Of a DNA stretch of 64,000 bases, positions 1 through 13,358 are shown piece after piece; positions within the stretch are counted from its first letter, which is position 1; every line of letters begins with the position of its first letter. Location: positions 3,534,001 to 3,598,000 of the forward strand of contig JAYWIR010000003.1 of assembly GCA_036172245.1 (NCBI GenBank), in the 5' to 3' direction. Under the pieces are notes generated by a model that was not told where the DNA came from, did no database searches, and saw nothing but the letters and a program-made list of their open reading frames with translations. The position numbers and the translations under genes are program-made. The stretch is from Raillietiella orientalis. Taxonomy: Eukaryota.

Positions 1-503
1 CCATTGGACAGTAGCATTCATCAGGATAAACATGGCCTACACAACACTACTTAGTATCACCAACTATTTCCTGCACTACCTGCTATCTGATATGGTGAGC
101 GTGCCACATGTTTATTTTTGTAAAGAACCTGAATGTTCACATTCCAGCAAGTGTGGTATACTTTATACCGAACTACAAAGCTTCCATCATATCTGTTCAG
201 CACTTGCACCCATGTACGACAGTTGCCAATTTCTGATCGACCATTCAGCTGTACTACAAAATTTACATCAGGTGATTCCTTCATGCTAGTACTTAATTCA
301 AAATCGGTTAGAAACATATGCACTCACCGTTTTCCACGAATGTCCACAGCATTAATAAAAAAATATCTTGCAGGAAACACCACAGTATCAGGATACAAAC
401 CGGGACCCCATACTTCAGTTTGCTGTGGATCAACTATATTGGTAGATGAGCTGATCCCCAAAGGCTCAAGGAACAAAATGATGGAATAAATCCACAAGGC
501 CAT
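1..503 (-). CDS. KDELC1: KDEL motif-containing / protein O-glucosyltransferase 2-like, 5' part. Exons 503-328, 285-80 and 36-<1; the gene continues off the left edge.
   Basis: The spliced translation is MALWIYSIILFLEPLGISSSTNIVDPQQTEVWGPGLYPDTVVFPARYFFINAVDIRGKR|MKESPDVNFVVQL...QVLNRYDGSFVVRYK...KHVARSPYQIAG|HVYPDECYCPM. It has a signal peptide and the filamin-like domain motifs I recognise from KDELC1/2 (WGPGL..V.PARYF.I.AVD; DGSF.VRY; HVA.SPY..G.VY.E.C.CP). GT-AG introns at 327-286 and 79-37 keep the frame. Confidence 0.92.
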
Positions 504-2949
504 TCTAGTGTTATAAAAATGAAAATATACTGCAGATAAATTCACACAGTACGAATGCCGTGAGCATTCGGTCGTTTGCTACAAGACACGGTTTAATTTT
601 TACAAACAAATTTTCCTCATTTATGGCCATAAAAACTTGTGTGTGTAAGAAAGGGAACCTTCCCGGTCATGAAACTTTTCGAAACCCCAAATCGCTGCTT
701 ACGATGGAGGTATGTTCTGCCTAATATCCAGTGCTTAAAATAGTGAGGATTGCCGAATCACAATTGGTTGAAAAAAGAATTGCGATAATGAACTGCAATC
801 CATGTTCATAGAATTATGCAAATGTTATGTTTTGCTTATTTGATTCTTAATCTACAGCGATAACTTCCATGGTGATTACGAAATATTTATTGGTGAATCG
901 ACTAGTAACGACATACTGTTATCACGTGATAAAGGATCGAATCTATTTTAATTTATCAATATGCATATTCATGTAGCTGCCTTCTCATGCACATATCAAA
1001 CAAAAATCGATATTTCCATTGAATATTCCTCAATCGTCTGGATCTGACATATCGCAAATATCGTTGTGCAACATAAAGTCTAAGCAACAAAGTTTAACAG
1101 ACATGTCGTTCCATCTTTGCAAAGGGAACTACTGTATTTCCAGGACACAATTATTCAAACACAAGTCCACATGCTGCATGTTTCTAAAATGCTTCTTAAA
1201 ACTAAATAGTATTAAGTTAGGTGATGACTGAATCATGGAATCTAACAATGCAATAATCCAACGGTCCTCTAAATTCTAAAAACAAACATAGATGATCAAA
1301 TCAAAATGTGAGTATCCGGCGGTAGCTCATTGCATCCATTATTTTCTGATTGCATACAAAAATTTATTTTTTGTCAATCTTATGTTTCTTGTGATTAAGT
1401 TTCTCAATTTCAGCAATATCATCTTTCAGTTGGGATGCATACAGCCAAAGTTTGATTCATTTCATTCATTTGATTTTGAAGCTTCCAAATCTTTATTCAT
1501 TCAATAATTATTCAAGCTCCATTGATAAAATGCTTCCATTTGTAAGAGGAAGCGTAATGCGAACATAAGGCCTTCTTTTGAATCAGTATCCTTCTACTTT
1601 TGAAGCAACAAAAACATGATTTGAGAACCATCTATAAAAGGATTTACATGAAATTTACATGAATTTACATTTTTAATGGAGGCTTCTAAATACGAAACAC
1701 ATTTTGTAAAGAACCATTCCTGTATAAACAATTACACATTCTTCGTAATAAGTTTGATTACCTGTTACTTATGTATACTTTACAGTGGAAATGGAAAAAA
1801 CACACACACATCATGCCGACTATGAATGTTTCGAATTCCCGTTTTCGCCAATACACAACTATTGTGTGCATTATAATTTTCCATCCAACATGAAGCAACA
1901 ACAACAAAGTTTCTATCTGATATTGGAGTTGAAAAATTCAGAGCTTGAAGTAGCCATTCTTCAGACAGTGGGACGATTTTCGATAGAATAAAGCATAGTA
2001 AGCAAAGGAGGTAAGCATCAAAAGTTTTACCTAATGGTTATTATTATGCTCTAATACTCACCTCCTCTGAAATATTTCAAGCCGTTTTCACATCGGTTGC
2101 GGTATGCTAGAAAGAAGGACCTTCAAAAAGTTAGCCTTGGAAAATTACTGAATCTTTTCCGCTGGAATTTCGCGCTTTTATTCGGTGCTTGTAGTTTCCA
2201 GTGTATTCAGCCTCTAGGTGTGTGTGTGTGTTTTTCTCATGTAACTTAGGAAAAGCGATTAGAAAGTCGATACAGAAGGTGTGTACAAATTATTTTCAGC
2301 CAATCAAATTACATTCGTCTTAGCATTCAGCTCATGAAGCTTTTATAAGTCAAATAGAACCTCAACTTCCAACTCTCTATTCTTGTAATCGTCTCGTGTT
2401 CATAAATTCGCTAAAGTGTTTGTCCTCTGATGAAACTTATTTCATGCTTTCTTGGTCATCTTTGTATCCCCTTCTCACGCCTTTCCCTCACCCTTCTTCG
2501 CTCAGGTAGGACCATGATTCTCTCCGAGGAGGCATTCCGAGGGTTCCTTCTTCTGTACGGATCGATTCAATTTCGGACTTTCTCTAAATTGAGCAGTCCT
2601 CCGAATCTCCTTGCTTCGTTCCTTCTGCCATTCCTGACAACCATCTGCGCACCTAAACATGCACCAGAAAAAGTCCCAAATTGGATCGCCCACGCGGCTA
2701 AAAATCATTCAAGGACCATTCTCATCTTCCCGCGAGCTCCCGCTGTTCCATCTTTTGAGGTGCTGACCTCTGCAAGGTCACTCAAATGCAACTTTTCAAG
2801 TCTTCATAGCCCGACTTAGTAAGTCTTTTGAGTACAGCGCGCTCCTGAGAATCCATATCAGTGGCGCTTTGATTTTAAGTGCGCTTAGTTTGGCACTGCT
2901 GCAACGTAAACAAGAAGACAAGATGGAAAGAAATGAGGGCTGTTGGTTT

Positions 2950-3500
2950 TGATTCACTCTCTCCTGGTGGAACAACAGGCATGGGGTGTGCTGTGTGCTG
3001 AAGAATAATGCTGGTCATCTCGGAAAGAACTTCGCAGGAGATCTGCATAGAGGCCTCCTAGAGAGCATCCCTTGAGCAAACTCTGTAAAAAGTTTTTCGT
3101 GGACTGTTGTATGATCTCTAAGGTAGGCGGTGGATCGAACATGCGGCAGAGGGAAGCGGCTAGAAAGCGAGGACGCGATCTCGTCCAAGGTTCTCAAAAG
3201 CGATACATCGCAAACACTTTAGCGAGGGAACTAGGTCCCTTCTAAGCCAGGTTCTCCCGAAAGAAGATCGAGCGACCTGCGCAGGCAGATCGTTCATAAG
3301 GACAGAACCCCCAAAACGTCTGCAGAGTAGCGTCCAATGAAGAATGTCTTCTCTACTTTCAAAGATGAAGGACTCTGTGGACAAAGAAGCAAGCGAATTT
3401 TCGGAAGTGGAACCAGGTGATACAAAAGTGGACGGGCTGAAAGTGGATCAGGAACTCGGACAGCATCGAAAACTCTCGGATTCCGTGCACCTGTAGGCAA
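2950..3500 (-). mobile_element. Highly decayed non-LTR retrotransposon RT fragment
   Basis: Minus-strand remnants occur in RT order: RVPDP (APGPD-like), LVPLPK (LIPK-like), MFDP (AFD-like). They are broken by frameshifts. Recognised by eye only. Confidence 0.3.
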
Positions 3501-5499
3501 AGACTAAACAGAAAACTTCTGAGCACTCCAAAGAGTTCATCGACGAACTCCTGAGCGAAGGTGAACTTCGAATGTGTTTACCTTTACGGGTTCGAGGTGT
3601 TCCTCCTGATATATCCAGCCGTCTTTAAAGCAGCTGCACATCTCCATGGTCTGGGTTCTCAATTCCGAAGCCCCCAAGCAACAAGGAGCGGAGTGTGCAA
3701 CCCGGATCTTGCGCTCCCCCACGAAAGTTCGTTTGTTTTCATTTTGCAAACAGACGAAGTGTCGGGAGCTCTCCAAGAAAAACGAAAGGATTTCTATTTA
3801 TAGCACAAAAATTCCGTGGAAGAGTCAAACCGGTGGCGCAGGAACTCGATGTTTGCACCTCATGATGTTTTGCTTCAACTAGCTCGAGCGGTACGCCTCA
3901 AGCAAACACGAATTTCTCATTTTTAATGATTTCCACCCGTGCCTGACGTACGCTGGATAGCTGCGGTCATCGGGTGTGCCCTCTGCTTGTTTTTTGATTT
4001 CGGTGGAATGCCTTCTGCCCTCGCGAATCTTGAAATCGTTGGCGCTAGCACATTTTGGCTCCATCCTTCTGATGACGCGGTAGAACTTCTTTCTGAGGAG
4101 CCTCTCTGGACGCTTTCTGAGGAGGGGCGATTCATCTCTTTTTTTGTAATCGGAAGTGAAGTGGCGCTGCTGATCGCCCCAATGGCAAAGCTTGTCAGCT
4201 GCTCGGAGGGTGGAGGAAAAAATCTCAGGCCCGAGAGCGATACAAATTTTCCGTTTCGAGGCAGTTCCACCACTGTCCAGCTGGGAAACAAGCGCCTCGG
4301 CTAACGAGTTTGGTTCAGTGACGTAAAAGGAAGAGGAATCCGTTTCGCTTATGTCAATGGCTCGCGAACGTCATCCGGATGTTTGTCCATCTGGCTCCAT
4401 CCTGCTTGCCACTGTTTCCTTTTACACTCGAAACGAAATGCAAAGTTCCCTATACGGGAAAATGTCGGGGCTCCGCAGTCCCGCGTAGGCAGCAGAAAGA
4501 TGCTAGGGATTCACCCACCCCCGTAGCAGACGGTGATCCCATCTCTTACTCCTCAGTGTGTTCTTATATCTATTTATTTTTCATTTCATTTTATTTCTTT
4601 TTTTGTTTGGTCCTTTCCTCTCGAGGTAATCCTCTCCGGTCTGCTTTGCGGTTTCTCGACAAGTTCCTGGATGAAGTGAACGTGGTGGTAGCGACAGTTC
4701 CATCACTCCTTTTGTACGCTGATTGTTTGAATAAACTTCCCGGTGCAACTGGGAGAGAAGAAAAATGGGCAGCTTGAAAATGGATCCGGGTTCCTCAGCC
4801 GTCATATTAAGAGCGGTGATGCCCCCTCAATCACGCGGGGAACCAAGAGGACCAGAAAGCAAAAGATGAGATTTGGATGTTCGTTCCCGCAGACCACGTG
4901 CTCATCTTCCTCCAGATGAGTTCGTATGGGGGGTAGCATGCCCTGATAATGCTAAGACAGAACTGAGGACTCCCTGCCTACGCAGTTGCGACACGGTGGC
5001 AACGATGAGAAGCTTGACGGAAACAAGAGGAAGGACGATCATCGGAATGCACTCACACCGCGAGTTGCTACGAGGATCTGCGGTTCGTTCCAACTTCCTT
5101 CCACATTCCTCCCGTCTCCCATCTCTGTGCGGCTCCATCTAGGGTCGAGATAGGCGTAGTTCGCCAAAGGAGCAGTCCACCGGTTGGCATTCGAATTCCG
5201 GAAGATCTGCAAACCACTTCTTGGAGCGTGAAGCACATCTTTCCCTCTGTGGCAGCGAACTTGTCGAGAAACCGGAAACCCCGAACGTGCGTTTCCTTGG
5301 TCTTCTTCCGCCGTTTCAGACATGCCAAGCTTTCAACACCTTCTGGCACCAACCAAACGAGCTCAAAGTGGCACAAGTGCATGCCCATTCTTGCCCCCGG
5401 GCTGTTGTCCAAAGGGACACACACTGAAAAATGAAGTCAGCGAGTTGGGTCGTCTTCGATTTCTTCCGCAAAGATTGACAGTTCCAGAAGGACGTCTAC

Positions 5500-6550
5500 C
5501 GAAGAAGACACAAGTATCTGCATCCATCCTGATGAACCTTTACCTAAGTAAAGAAAAAGAAAAAAAGTAAGCATTGCAAGTGCTTAAGGGACAGCTTTTT
5601 CTGCTGCCGTCAGATGGCAAACTGAATCAGCACCGGAAAAAAAGCTTCTCCGTTCGGGAAGCGGGAGTTCCCCATCGAGGTTTCATCACGTGGCAAGAGA
5701 CAGCAAAGCATGGAGGCTGACTTCACCGCAGGACCTGCACGGCAGGTTTCGGCAGACGCGGGGATTCTCCGCCTCTCTTTTCCAGGAACTTGGAACGAAC
5801 TTGACCGTTCTCCAGGGCTGCTCCCATGGGACTCCTGTACTCATCAGCCTTCTCCAGGATCTCGCTGGGATATTTGCCACCACCGCCGAAATGTGCAGCG
5901 ACGGCGAGCTCACGCCCAGTCCTTCAGCGGACCACCACCTCAACACCTCGCTCTCTTCGGAACTCCAGGAAACCGCCGATCTCCGACAGCAGAACGCTGG
6001 GAAGCAAAACTGGCTATCCCGAAGGTTGCGTACGGTCGTGGCTCCTGAGCGCCACCCATCTCCAGGGCCAGTCTTTCGGCAAAGCATTTCGAGTTCGTGT
6101 CCATGCCGACCGACATCTTTTATGGGCTCTGATGAGCTTCGCAACGTGACCCGGATCCGTGAGATGACCCAACGTTTGGAGAATTTGCTCCTCACGGAAC
6201 CAGTTCTGCTTACCAAAAGTTGGGCCTCTGGAAGGGGCTCGTGGATAAGAGAGGCCGAGTTCTGCCGTTCAATAGAGCGAGGCTTCTCACCCCAAGTTCG
6301 AGCATACATTGAGGTCATTTCGATCTCCAGTTATCTAACCCCAACCGCTTCACCGCATGCGACTCCGTTTGACAAAAGCCAGCTACCCTATGGGTAGTTA
6401 ACTGGACAGAACCAGCTACTAGATGGTTCGATTTGTTATTCTGCTTCTACACCCAGCTACCACGACTGGTTTTCGCGTCGTGGTCGCTGCGTCCGATCCA
6501 CCAGACTTTCCTCTGGCTTCGTCCTAGACAGGCATAGTTCGCCATCTTGG
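5500..6550 (-). pseudogene. Degenerate 28S (LSU) rRNA pseudogene fragment
   Basis: The plus strand carries colinear reverse complements of conserved LSU core motifs: gatatttgccaccaccgccgaaatgtgca (~5870), gagcgccacccatctccagggc (~6047), tatgggctctgatgagc (~6121), ccagttctgcttaccaaaagt (~6200), gaaccagctactagatggttcgatt (~6409) and tccaccagactttcctctggcttcgtcctagacaggcatagttcgccatctt (~6497-6548). Many substitutions and deletions fall in normally invariant positions. Confidence 0.85.
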
Positions 6551-6799
6551 ATGGAGCGTTCACGGAGATTCGAGCGACGCTGCATCGTTTGCTTACTCAC
6601 CAGAGGTCAAACCAAAGCTCGAACTGATGGCATCAGACCTTTGTAGGCGAAAAAGAGGAAGATCTCCCGATGCCCGAACTCCTTTCTTACCGCGATCCTC
6701 GGGTGCCGATCGGAAATGACCGCCGACTTGCTAGGGTTTTCTTCGAAGAGATGTGACGGGCTCGCAATGCTTTCTGCTGCGCCTCCGGGTCGCATTGGC

Positions 6800-8630
6800 G
6801 TTCCTCCTTCTCCGTCGCTGTGGGTCCCTCCCCCCCCTCCTCACCCTCGACTGCTGCCGCTCCAGTTGCGACTGGACTCCGCGTCCTTTTTCCCACTCCG
6901 TCTGCTGTCTGCTCTGCTGGACGAGTTCGTCCTTTGGCGAGTCGCCCGTCGGCCGGGGGATGTCGTCTGTCCAGTGAGAAAAAAAAAAAAAACACCCGGA
7001 AACTTGGGAGCATACTTGTTCGAGAGAATTCCACGACGGAACATCTGGGATTCTACTCTGCTTCTCTCAGCAGCGTCCCCCCCCCCCTGCCCGAACTCCC
7101 GCGAGTGAGGAAACGCCCAGTGCTGTGGACTGGGTTTCCGTTCTGGACCAGCAGATCCAGTTGCCGGGGCCTCGGGTGGATCCCCTTCGTTGGCTGGTCA
7201 GAGACCATCCACTCCCAAGTTTCATCATTTGTATCTTTGATCTTTGGCTTGGCCGCTTGCACTCAAGGGTTGCTTCCGCTTCGGAAGCCATCCGGGCGTG
7301 GCACCTGGGGTCGCGGGTTCGAATCTCAGACAGCGGAGGACCGACTCAGAAATGGGGTGCGTCGTCAACTTCGAAATCCCCCCGCAAGATGACGCTGGTT
7401 GGCCTGTCTTCGAGTGTGGGACTGGTAGCTGAAAAACCGGATGCCCCCGATGAGTGGCCGGAATTTGCACTATCCGGAGTCCTTCCGGGTTTTAAGGAGG
7501 AACCCTTCGGGGTTCTTCGGTTGTGAAAATGGAGCCTTTCCCCAATCTCTTAATCTTGGAGCTGGTGGCTTGACGCTGCCTCTCCAGAGTGTCGAGAAGC
7601 GCCCTGCTTCCTCCGGGAAGCTCCTCTCAGAGAAATTGTGAAGCGTCCCTTCGTGGTTTTGTTCGGAGGAGGAAGAAACAAGGAGCGATTCCCTTGCGGT
7701 TCCCCCGGAGAAGAAACTCCAAGAGCGGATCCGTTCCGGGTTCCCTTCGGAGAAGAAACAAAGGAGCGCGTCCCTCCTAAGAGAAGAAGGAAGAGGTGAT
7801 TCCCTTCGGGACTCCCTTCCTCTCTCAAGCGTGAGAGGAAGAGATCCCCTCCTCCGGAGCCTTTCCTTGATTCATGGGGTGGTCCCCTCCCGGGATACTC
7901 CTCCTATCTCGAAAAGACGCCTTCTCTCTACAAAGACTCAACAGCGTCTCCAGAAGTGGGAAGGAGGAAAGCAATGGACACTCCAAAGGAGGTACCGAAA
8001 TCGCAGTAGCGATCGCCATGGGATCCCTGGGATCATGGGATTGGGGGGAACGGAGCAGCGTCGAGGTGGGTCGCTGCAGAGAGGAAGAGACCCTTCCGCA
8101 CGTGCCACCGGAATGCTCGGGGGTGCGACAAGGCTGGAGGCTGCTGGCGTATGCCTTCTCCTCCCTCCCCAACAGCAGTCCGACGGACATTCTTCACCGT
8201 TTTTTTTTCTTTTTTTTTCCTCAGCGCGATGGTCTCCCCACAACGGTAGTGACAGCGGTTCTCTGCTGCCTCCGTGCGGTGGCACTCTCAAGAACGCCGT
8301 AGCGTCCCTGAGGTCGTCCTTGAAGTTTGCCCTCCCCCTCTTGCAGAGAGCAACTTGTTAGCCGATGTTGAATCAGGGAACATAGGATTGCGATTGCCAT
8401 CCGCCATCGCCTGGAGATCGGGACTGCCAGTCCATTCAGACACCCCCGTCCCTTCTTCACCCCTTCCTCCAGATAAACAATTATTTACATACACACACAT
8501 CTCTTTAACCTCTACCCTCCCCCTTTTTACCTTCCGGACCTGCACCCTTAAGGGGCATGGAGGCTTCCCGTACGTCCTTTTGTATCCCTTTCTCCAGACT
8601 TTAAGCCTTTGTATGTTTACTCTGTGAGTT
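6800..8630 (+). mobile_element. Decayed 5'-truncated L1/Tx1-like LINE (ORF2 3' half plus 3' UTR), copy A
   Basis: Remnant motifs GCRLSSEK (G..N..KS-like), RKLGSIL (KYLG-like), WGRGFES (GGLG-like) and zinc knuckle GRCREEETLPHVPPEC. There is direct nucleotide similarity to 25620-26200 (gtcgcgggttcgaatc, gatgacgctggttg, gaaatNgtgaagcgt, ttcccttgcgg). Boundaries are approximate. Confidence 0.65.
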
Positions 8631-9779
8631 AACGTCCCGGAGCCACCCAGTTCCAGGAAGCATTTCGGCCTCTTTCACATTTCAAAGGGACGGACGGGAT
8701 GCGAAGGAAAAGTGGAAAGGAAGGGGCGGGGACTCGAAAGCTCAGCAGCTTCAGGATGGGCATCGGAAGTGCCCGGCGGCAGGAATGAGAGAACCCCGTC
8801 GTGAGGACGGGTTGAAGAGGAGAGACAGGTGGAAGGGGAAGATGGCGGTGGAGTTTCCCCTTCCCCTTCCCCTGTTCGCCCCGCCCCCTTTCTCAGCACG
8901 GCCGCAATCAGCGAAATGAGGATGAACTTCATGATATCCAAGGGTCTTGCCAGCGAGTATTGGATGCCGGCTGCGATATGTTTGGATTGCGCAAGATGTT
9001 CCCGCACCAGATCCCCGCCCCAAGTGAGGTTTGAACCTTTTTTGAGGACATTCTGCTTTTTCATTTTCCTTTAACCTTTCGATCCTTTACGACCGTATTC
9101 TAAGAAGAACCAACTAATAAGGATTCTCACATCTCCAGCATAGTCCTGGATCACGTCCCTTGGATAATGGAACAACGGAAAAACTTCCTGACCTTTCCTT
9201 CCAATTCTGCCCACGTCCTCTCACAGGCCGGAATTTTTCGCACAGGAAGGCATACGAGCTGCTTCGTATCCGGTTTCGGGATGTTTCCAAAGCTGAAGAA
9301 CTGTTCTACATTAGAGAGCTTCCGTTGTCTTCGCCACTGGTCACAAAGAATAGCGTTCTTTTCTTGAGATGCAGGTTTGCTTGCACCAAGCAGGAGGGTT
9401 GGAAGATTTACAGAGGAGGATTTTCTCAGATTCACTGATGACCAGCTTTACTTCGGGAACTTTGAGCATTCTCCTAATGATCTCAAAGATCTGCGGCAGC
9501 GTGTGACGGTTTTCTTTCGATGCTGTTCCGATTTCTGGTCCTTAGACTAAGGCTGGCTTCTCTTAGCATCCACGATGCTAATTTCTTTCTGGATTCACCA
9601 GAGCACCTTTCCGTTACGGAGTTCCAGAAAGCTGATGATTATCACCCGATTATGCCGGGGCATTTATTACATGACGTAATAAAAGTACACTTGGGTGGTA
9701 GAAACAAGGGTTCTACTACGCAAATGGTACCTGCCGTGAGCGCTAATGATACCTGCTGTGAACCTGCCGAAGAGCGGAA

Positions 9780-10450
9780 CGCAGACCGACGAGGTCCAAT
9801 TCGGCAGCATGGGGAAAGGGGAAACAAAAACACAGGCGAGAGGAAATTTTACGCGTGGAAGGAGAAACTGAGGAAGAGATCACGGTACGCTGCCAGGAGT
9901 CCTCTGCATCCTATTCAAGATGCCGGCAAGTTCCGTCCGTATAGCTCCCAAGAGGAGTCATCTCGAGGTGGTCCTCAGGAAGATCCGCGCCCAGTGGATG
10001 GCGTCCCTGCCATTTCGGCCTCTTTTGGAGTCCCAGTCCGCCACGATTCCGCGGAGGCAACAGGGAACTGCGAGGGAGAAAGCTAGCGGCAGTGCGGAAC
10101 GCACGAAGAGGTGTTTGAAAATGTCCCTGGGACTGCCCGCCGGGATTCCTAGGATCGTCGAGAGGCGATCCTAAATGGGTCGGAGGGCAGCACAGTCTAA
10201 CGGTTCATCCTCATGAAGAGGACGGCGAAGTGGATGGCATCCTCCTCTTGCGTCGCTCCAGGCACGACGATACCATGTAGGCAGCAAAGAGCTGCTGGAG
10301 AGACTGCCGGCAAAAGTGCATCGCGGACGAGGAGGGGTTGTAAAGCGCCCATGGAGCACAGGAGGTAGAGCCGCAGCACATGCATGCTGGAGGTCTTCTG
10401 CAAGAGCGAGAGGCTCCTCATGAAGGGAAAAATATTCCAATGAGTCTGAA
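9780..10450 (-). mobile_element. 3' end of the same L1/Tx1-like family, inverted, copy C
   Basis: 9890-10010 (gctgccaggagtcctctgcatcctattcaagatgccggcaagttc...ggtcctcaggaaga) is the reverse complement of the RIELASILDRMQRTPGS segment at 26840-26955. Confidence 0.7.
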
Positions 10451-13358
10451 ACTCGTTGAAGTCGCATCACCATGGGTTGCGTTTTTCCATGCACGGTTTC
10501 GATCACTTTTTCGTGGAGTGTGGCTGTCGTGACGTCTAACAGATCGCATTCAGAGCAGAGTGCGGAAGTTCCTATGGGAATATTAAGAACCGCAGTGCAG
10601 CTGTTGCAAATTCCCTACTGTCGCTAGTTTTCAAATCATCTTGGATCGAAGATGATTAAGAAATCCTTTCTTTGATTCTCTTTTCAAACACAAGGGAATG
10701 GCTGATTCGTTACCTGTTTGATCAAGGGTTCGCCAATGCTGAAGATTCTTTTGTTTGTTCCTCCTGAAGAAAGCTTGCTGCCAACAGACTAATGAGCAGT
10801 ACAGAATGCCTCCAAATGCAAAATGCATTTGAAATTCGAATTACTTCTTGATTTTCACCAGCTGTGCAATGCTTTTATATTAACGAGAGGCAAGGTCACA
10901 TTCATAGTATTCAAGGCTGCACATTCCATTTCAGGAATGAGATTGCAGTGCTCATTGAAAAAAAACCCTAGAAGTCATGACAATTCGTGGTGAAGGCTGG
11001 TGAGCTTCCTGGAAGATGTTTGCCGCCGTATAACACTTGACTTTGAGCCCTTTGTGTTGACGGATAACTTTCTCATCAGCGAAATCTTTTGCTCTGTAGT
11101 CAGAATCGGTTAGCACCATTATGCAGGTCTGATACAGCAAGCATGCTGCCGATTGCTTAAATGCACACGTCTTGTACCCTACGGCCACTGTCAATTCAGT
11201 GTTGCGTCAACTTGCAACCGAGTCCATTCTGATTTGCAATTCATCCGTTTGCATTCAGACTGGTTTTTGATAGGTCAATCTCAATTGCGTATCAAAAGGA
11301 GCCAGCAAGGTTCTCAGCATCACCTTTGACAGAGAGAACGCCAACAGGGATCCCATTACACGGACAACGGAAGATCCATTTGATGAAGCCGGAGACTCAT
11401 TGAAAACTCAAGTCAGTTTCCCAAGTGAACTGCACAGTGGCTCAAAGCTGCGGTTCCTGGAGAAAAAAGCGTTCGAAGCTTTGGAATCTTCAAAACTTTA
11501 AAATTCCGTCTTCATTTTATTTGTTTTTTCTCCTCTCTCGAAGAATGGATGCATTTTTAAGTAGTGCAGAATCAGGCAGAACTGATTCCACACTACTAAG
11601 ATACAGCCGGGATAGAACTGGGAATTAGATCTAAAGAACGCAGAACTTCATTTTTTAACTTTTATAATCGTTACAGTGGAGCAATTCTAGCTCCTTCAGT
11701 CCTAAAATGATGAAATTCTCCATAGTGAAATAATGTATTTTGAAAATAAAAAAAAATCCATGAAAGACCGTGTAGTCTGCCTCCAAAAGCAGATTGGGAT
11801 CGGCATTGGGATCCAACTCCAAGTATCAGTACACAAATGTTACATGTACTTGTATTTGATTTCCATTCTTGAACGTTTGAAAACGCAAACGTCTTGTTTG
11901 TCCCTGAGACCCCTGCGAGCAATAGCATGAGAACATCGCAAATCGAAGAGCAGATGCTCCTCTGCCCATTAACGAAGGCACCCACCTTCCTTTGCCCATA
12001 TAGCAATATTCGACAAGACCATTCGATGGATTCGACTGACTCACAGTAAATTCTTTCTTTGCTCCGCGGTGGGCCTTCCCAGCGTTGCACCGAAAGGGTG
12101 TCAGACGTCAAAAGTCCAACGGAACGGTGTAGCAGATAGGTAACGAACGCAATAGCTCAAACGTCAACGGATAAGAAATGTGGGAGACTTGCTGTCAATC
12201 TGTAAATACCAAAATGCAAGAGCTTTGAATCAAATAATCCCCCGTTGATGAAGAGAAAGCAAATGCCACCTCGCGTAACCTATGAGCCCCATGTGACTTC
12301 CGCGATGCAAAAAAGGTGCATAGATTTTGCAATGCAAATGCTGGCTATACGACGGAAAAGGGTTTTTGACTGCGGAAAACGTCAATCTTAAAGCATTGGA
12401 TTCCAAGCTGCTTGTTATCCTCTTCCGTGGACAGCCATCGCATTAACAAATGTACGCTCCAAAAAAAAAAAAAAATGGGCTCAACTAAACTTTTTTTGGA
12501 ACATTGGCTCGACTGCTGCCAAGGCGTTATCCGCCAAAGACGCCAGAGCTATGGGAGCTCTGGCATCTCTGGTGGACACGCGAATGCAGGATAGAACTTA
12601 GCGCCACGCCCAAGTTCTTCGAATGCAAACTTTGAACCCGGAGTTTCCTGGTTGCGTCGCTTCAGAGTCCAGGAAGAGTCCGGGGGAGAGTCGCTGCGAA
12701 GGGGGGTTTCTCCACTGCAAAACCGATTCGACCAAGACAGCATTTCGAGACGAATTGCAGCACAAGGCTTAAAACCAGAATTCCTATTTCGAATCCCTGC
12801 CTCGAAAACCTAAACGATCTGACTGACCAGGATCACCTGTTTTTTTTTTTTTTTTCTCTGTGTGTCCCTCTCTTGCGTGGGAGTCGCATCTTCGTCGCAA
12901 CAACTCACCCCTCAAGCACGTGCACACGCACAGAGTGATCTTCGTGCTGCCCACATTCTGGAAAAGTACAAATGAATTGCACTTTCCTCCGCCGAGGCTA
13001 CGAATGGTTCCAACATTTTGCTGGGGACAGGTACCAGAAAAAATACGGCAAGCTGAAAACTGCCTATTATTGAACACGTCTCTTCCCTTCTACTCATTTT
13101 AAACCCGGATTCGGAGGGTACTTCAAAGAAATCCTTCCAGTCCCCAATGGAGTTTCGAATAGCTTTCTTGCGATTCCCTGCACCCGACCATGCGGGCAAT
13201 ACGAAAACACCTGATGTGACCATGGAGGAAAGTTTGGCTGTAACCACGAAAGGAAACTCTACAACCTAAAAAATTGCATAAAATTGCTGTATTCGTCAAG
13301 CTGTATTCTCTCATAGAAGCAATACCTCCGTATAAAAAATGTCAAAGAACTAAATCAA

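Noticed and set aside
6125..6150. Hammerhead ribozyme core (CTGATGAG)
   Set aside because: It is part of the antisense 28S motif, with no matching GAAA core or stems.
5690..6397. 235-aa and 210-aa ORFs
   Set aside because: They overlap the 28S rRNA pseudogene and have no protein motifs.
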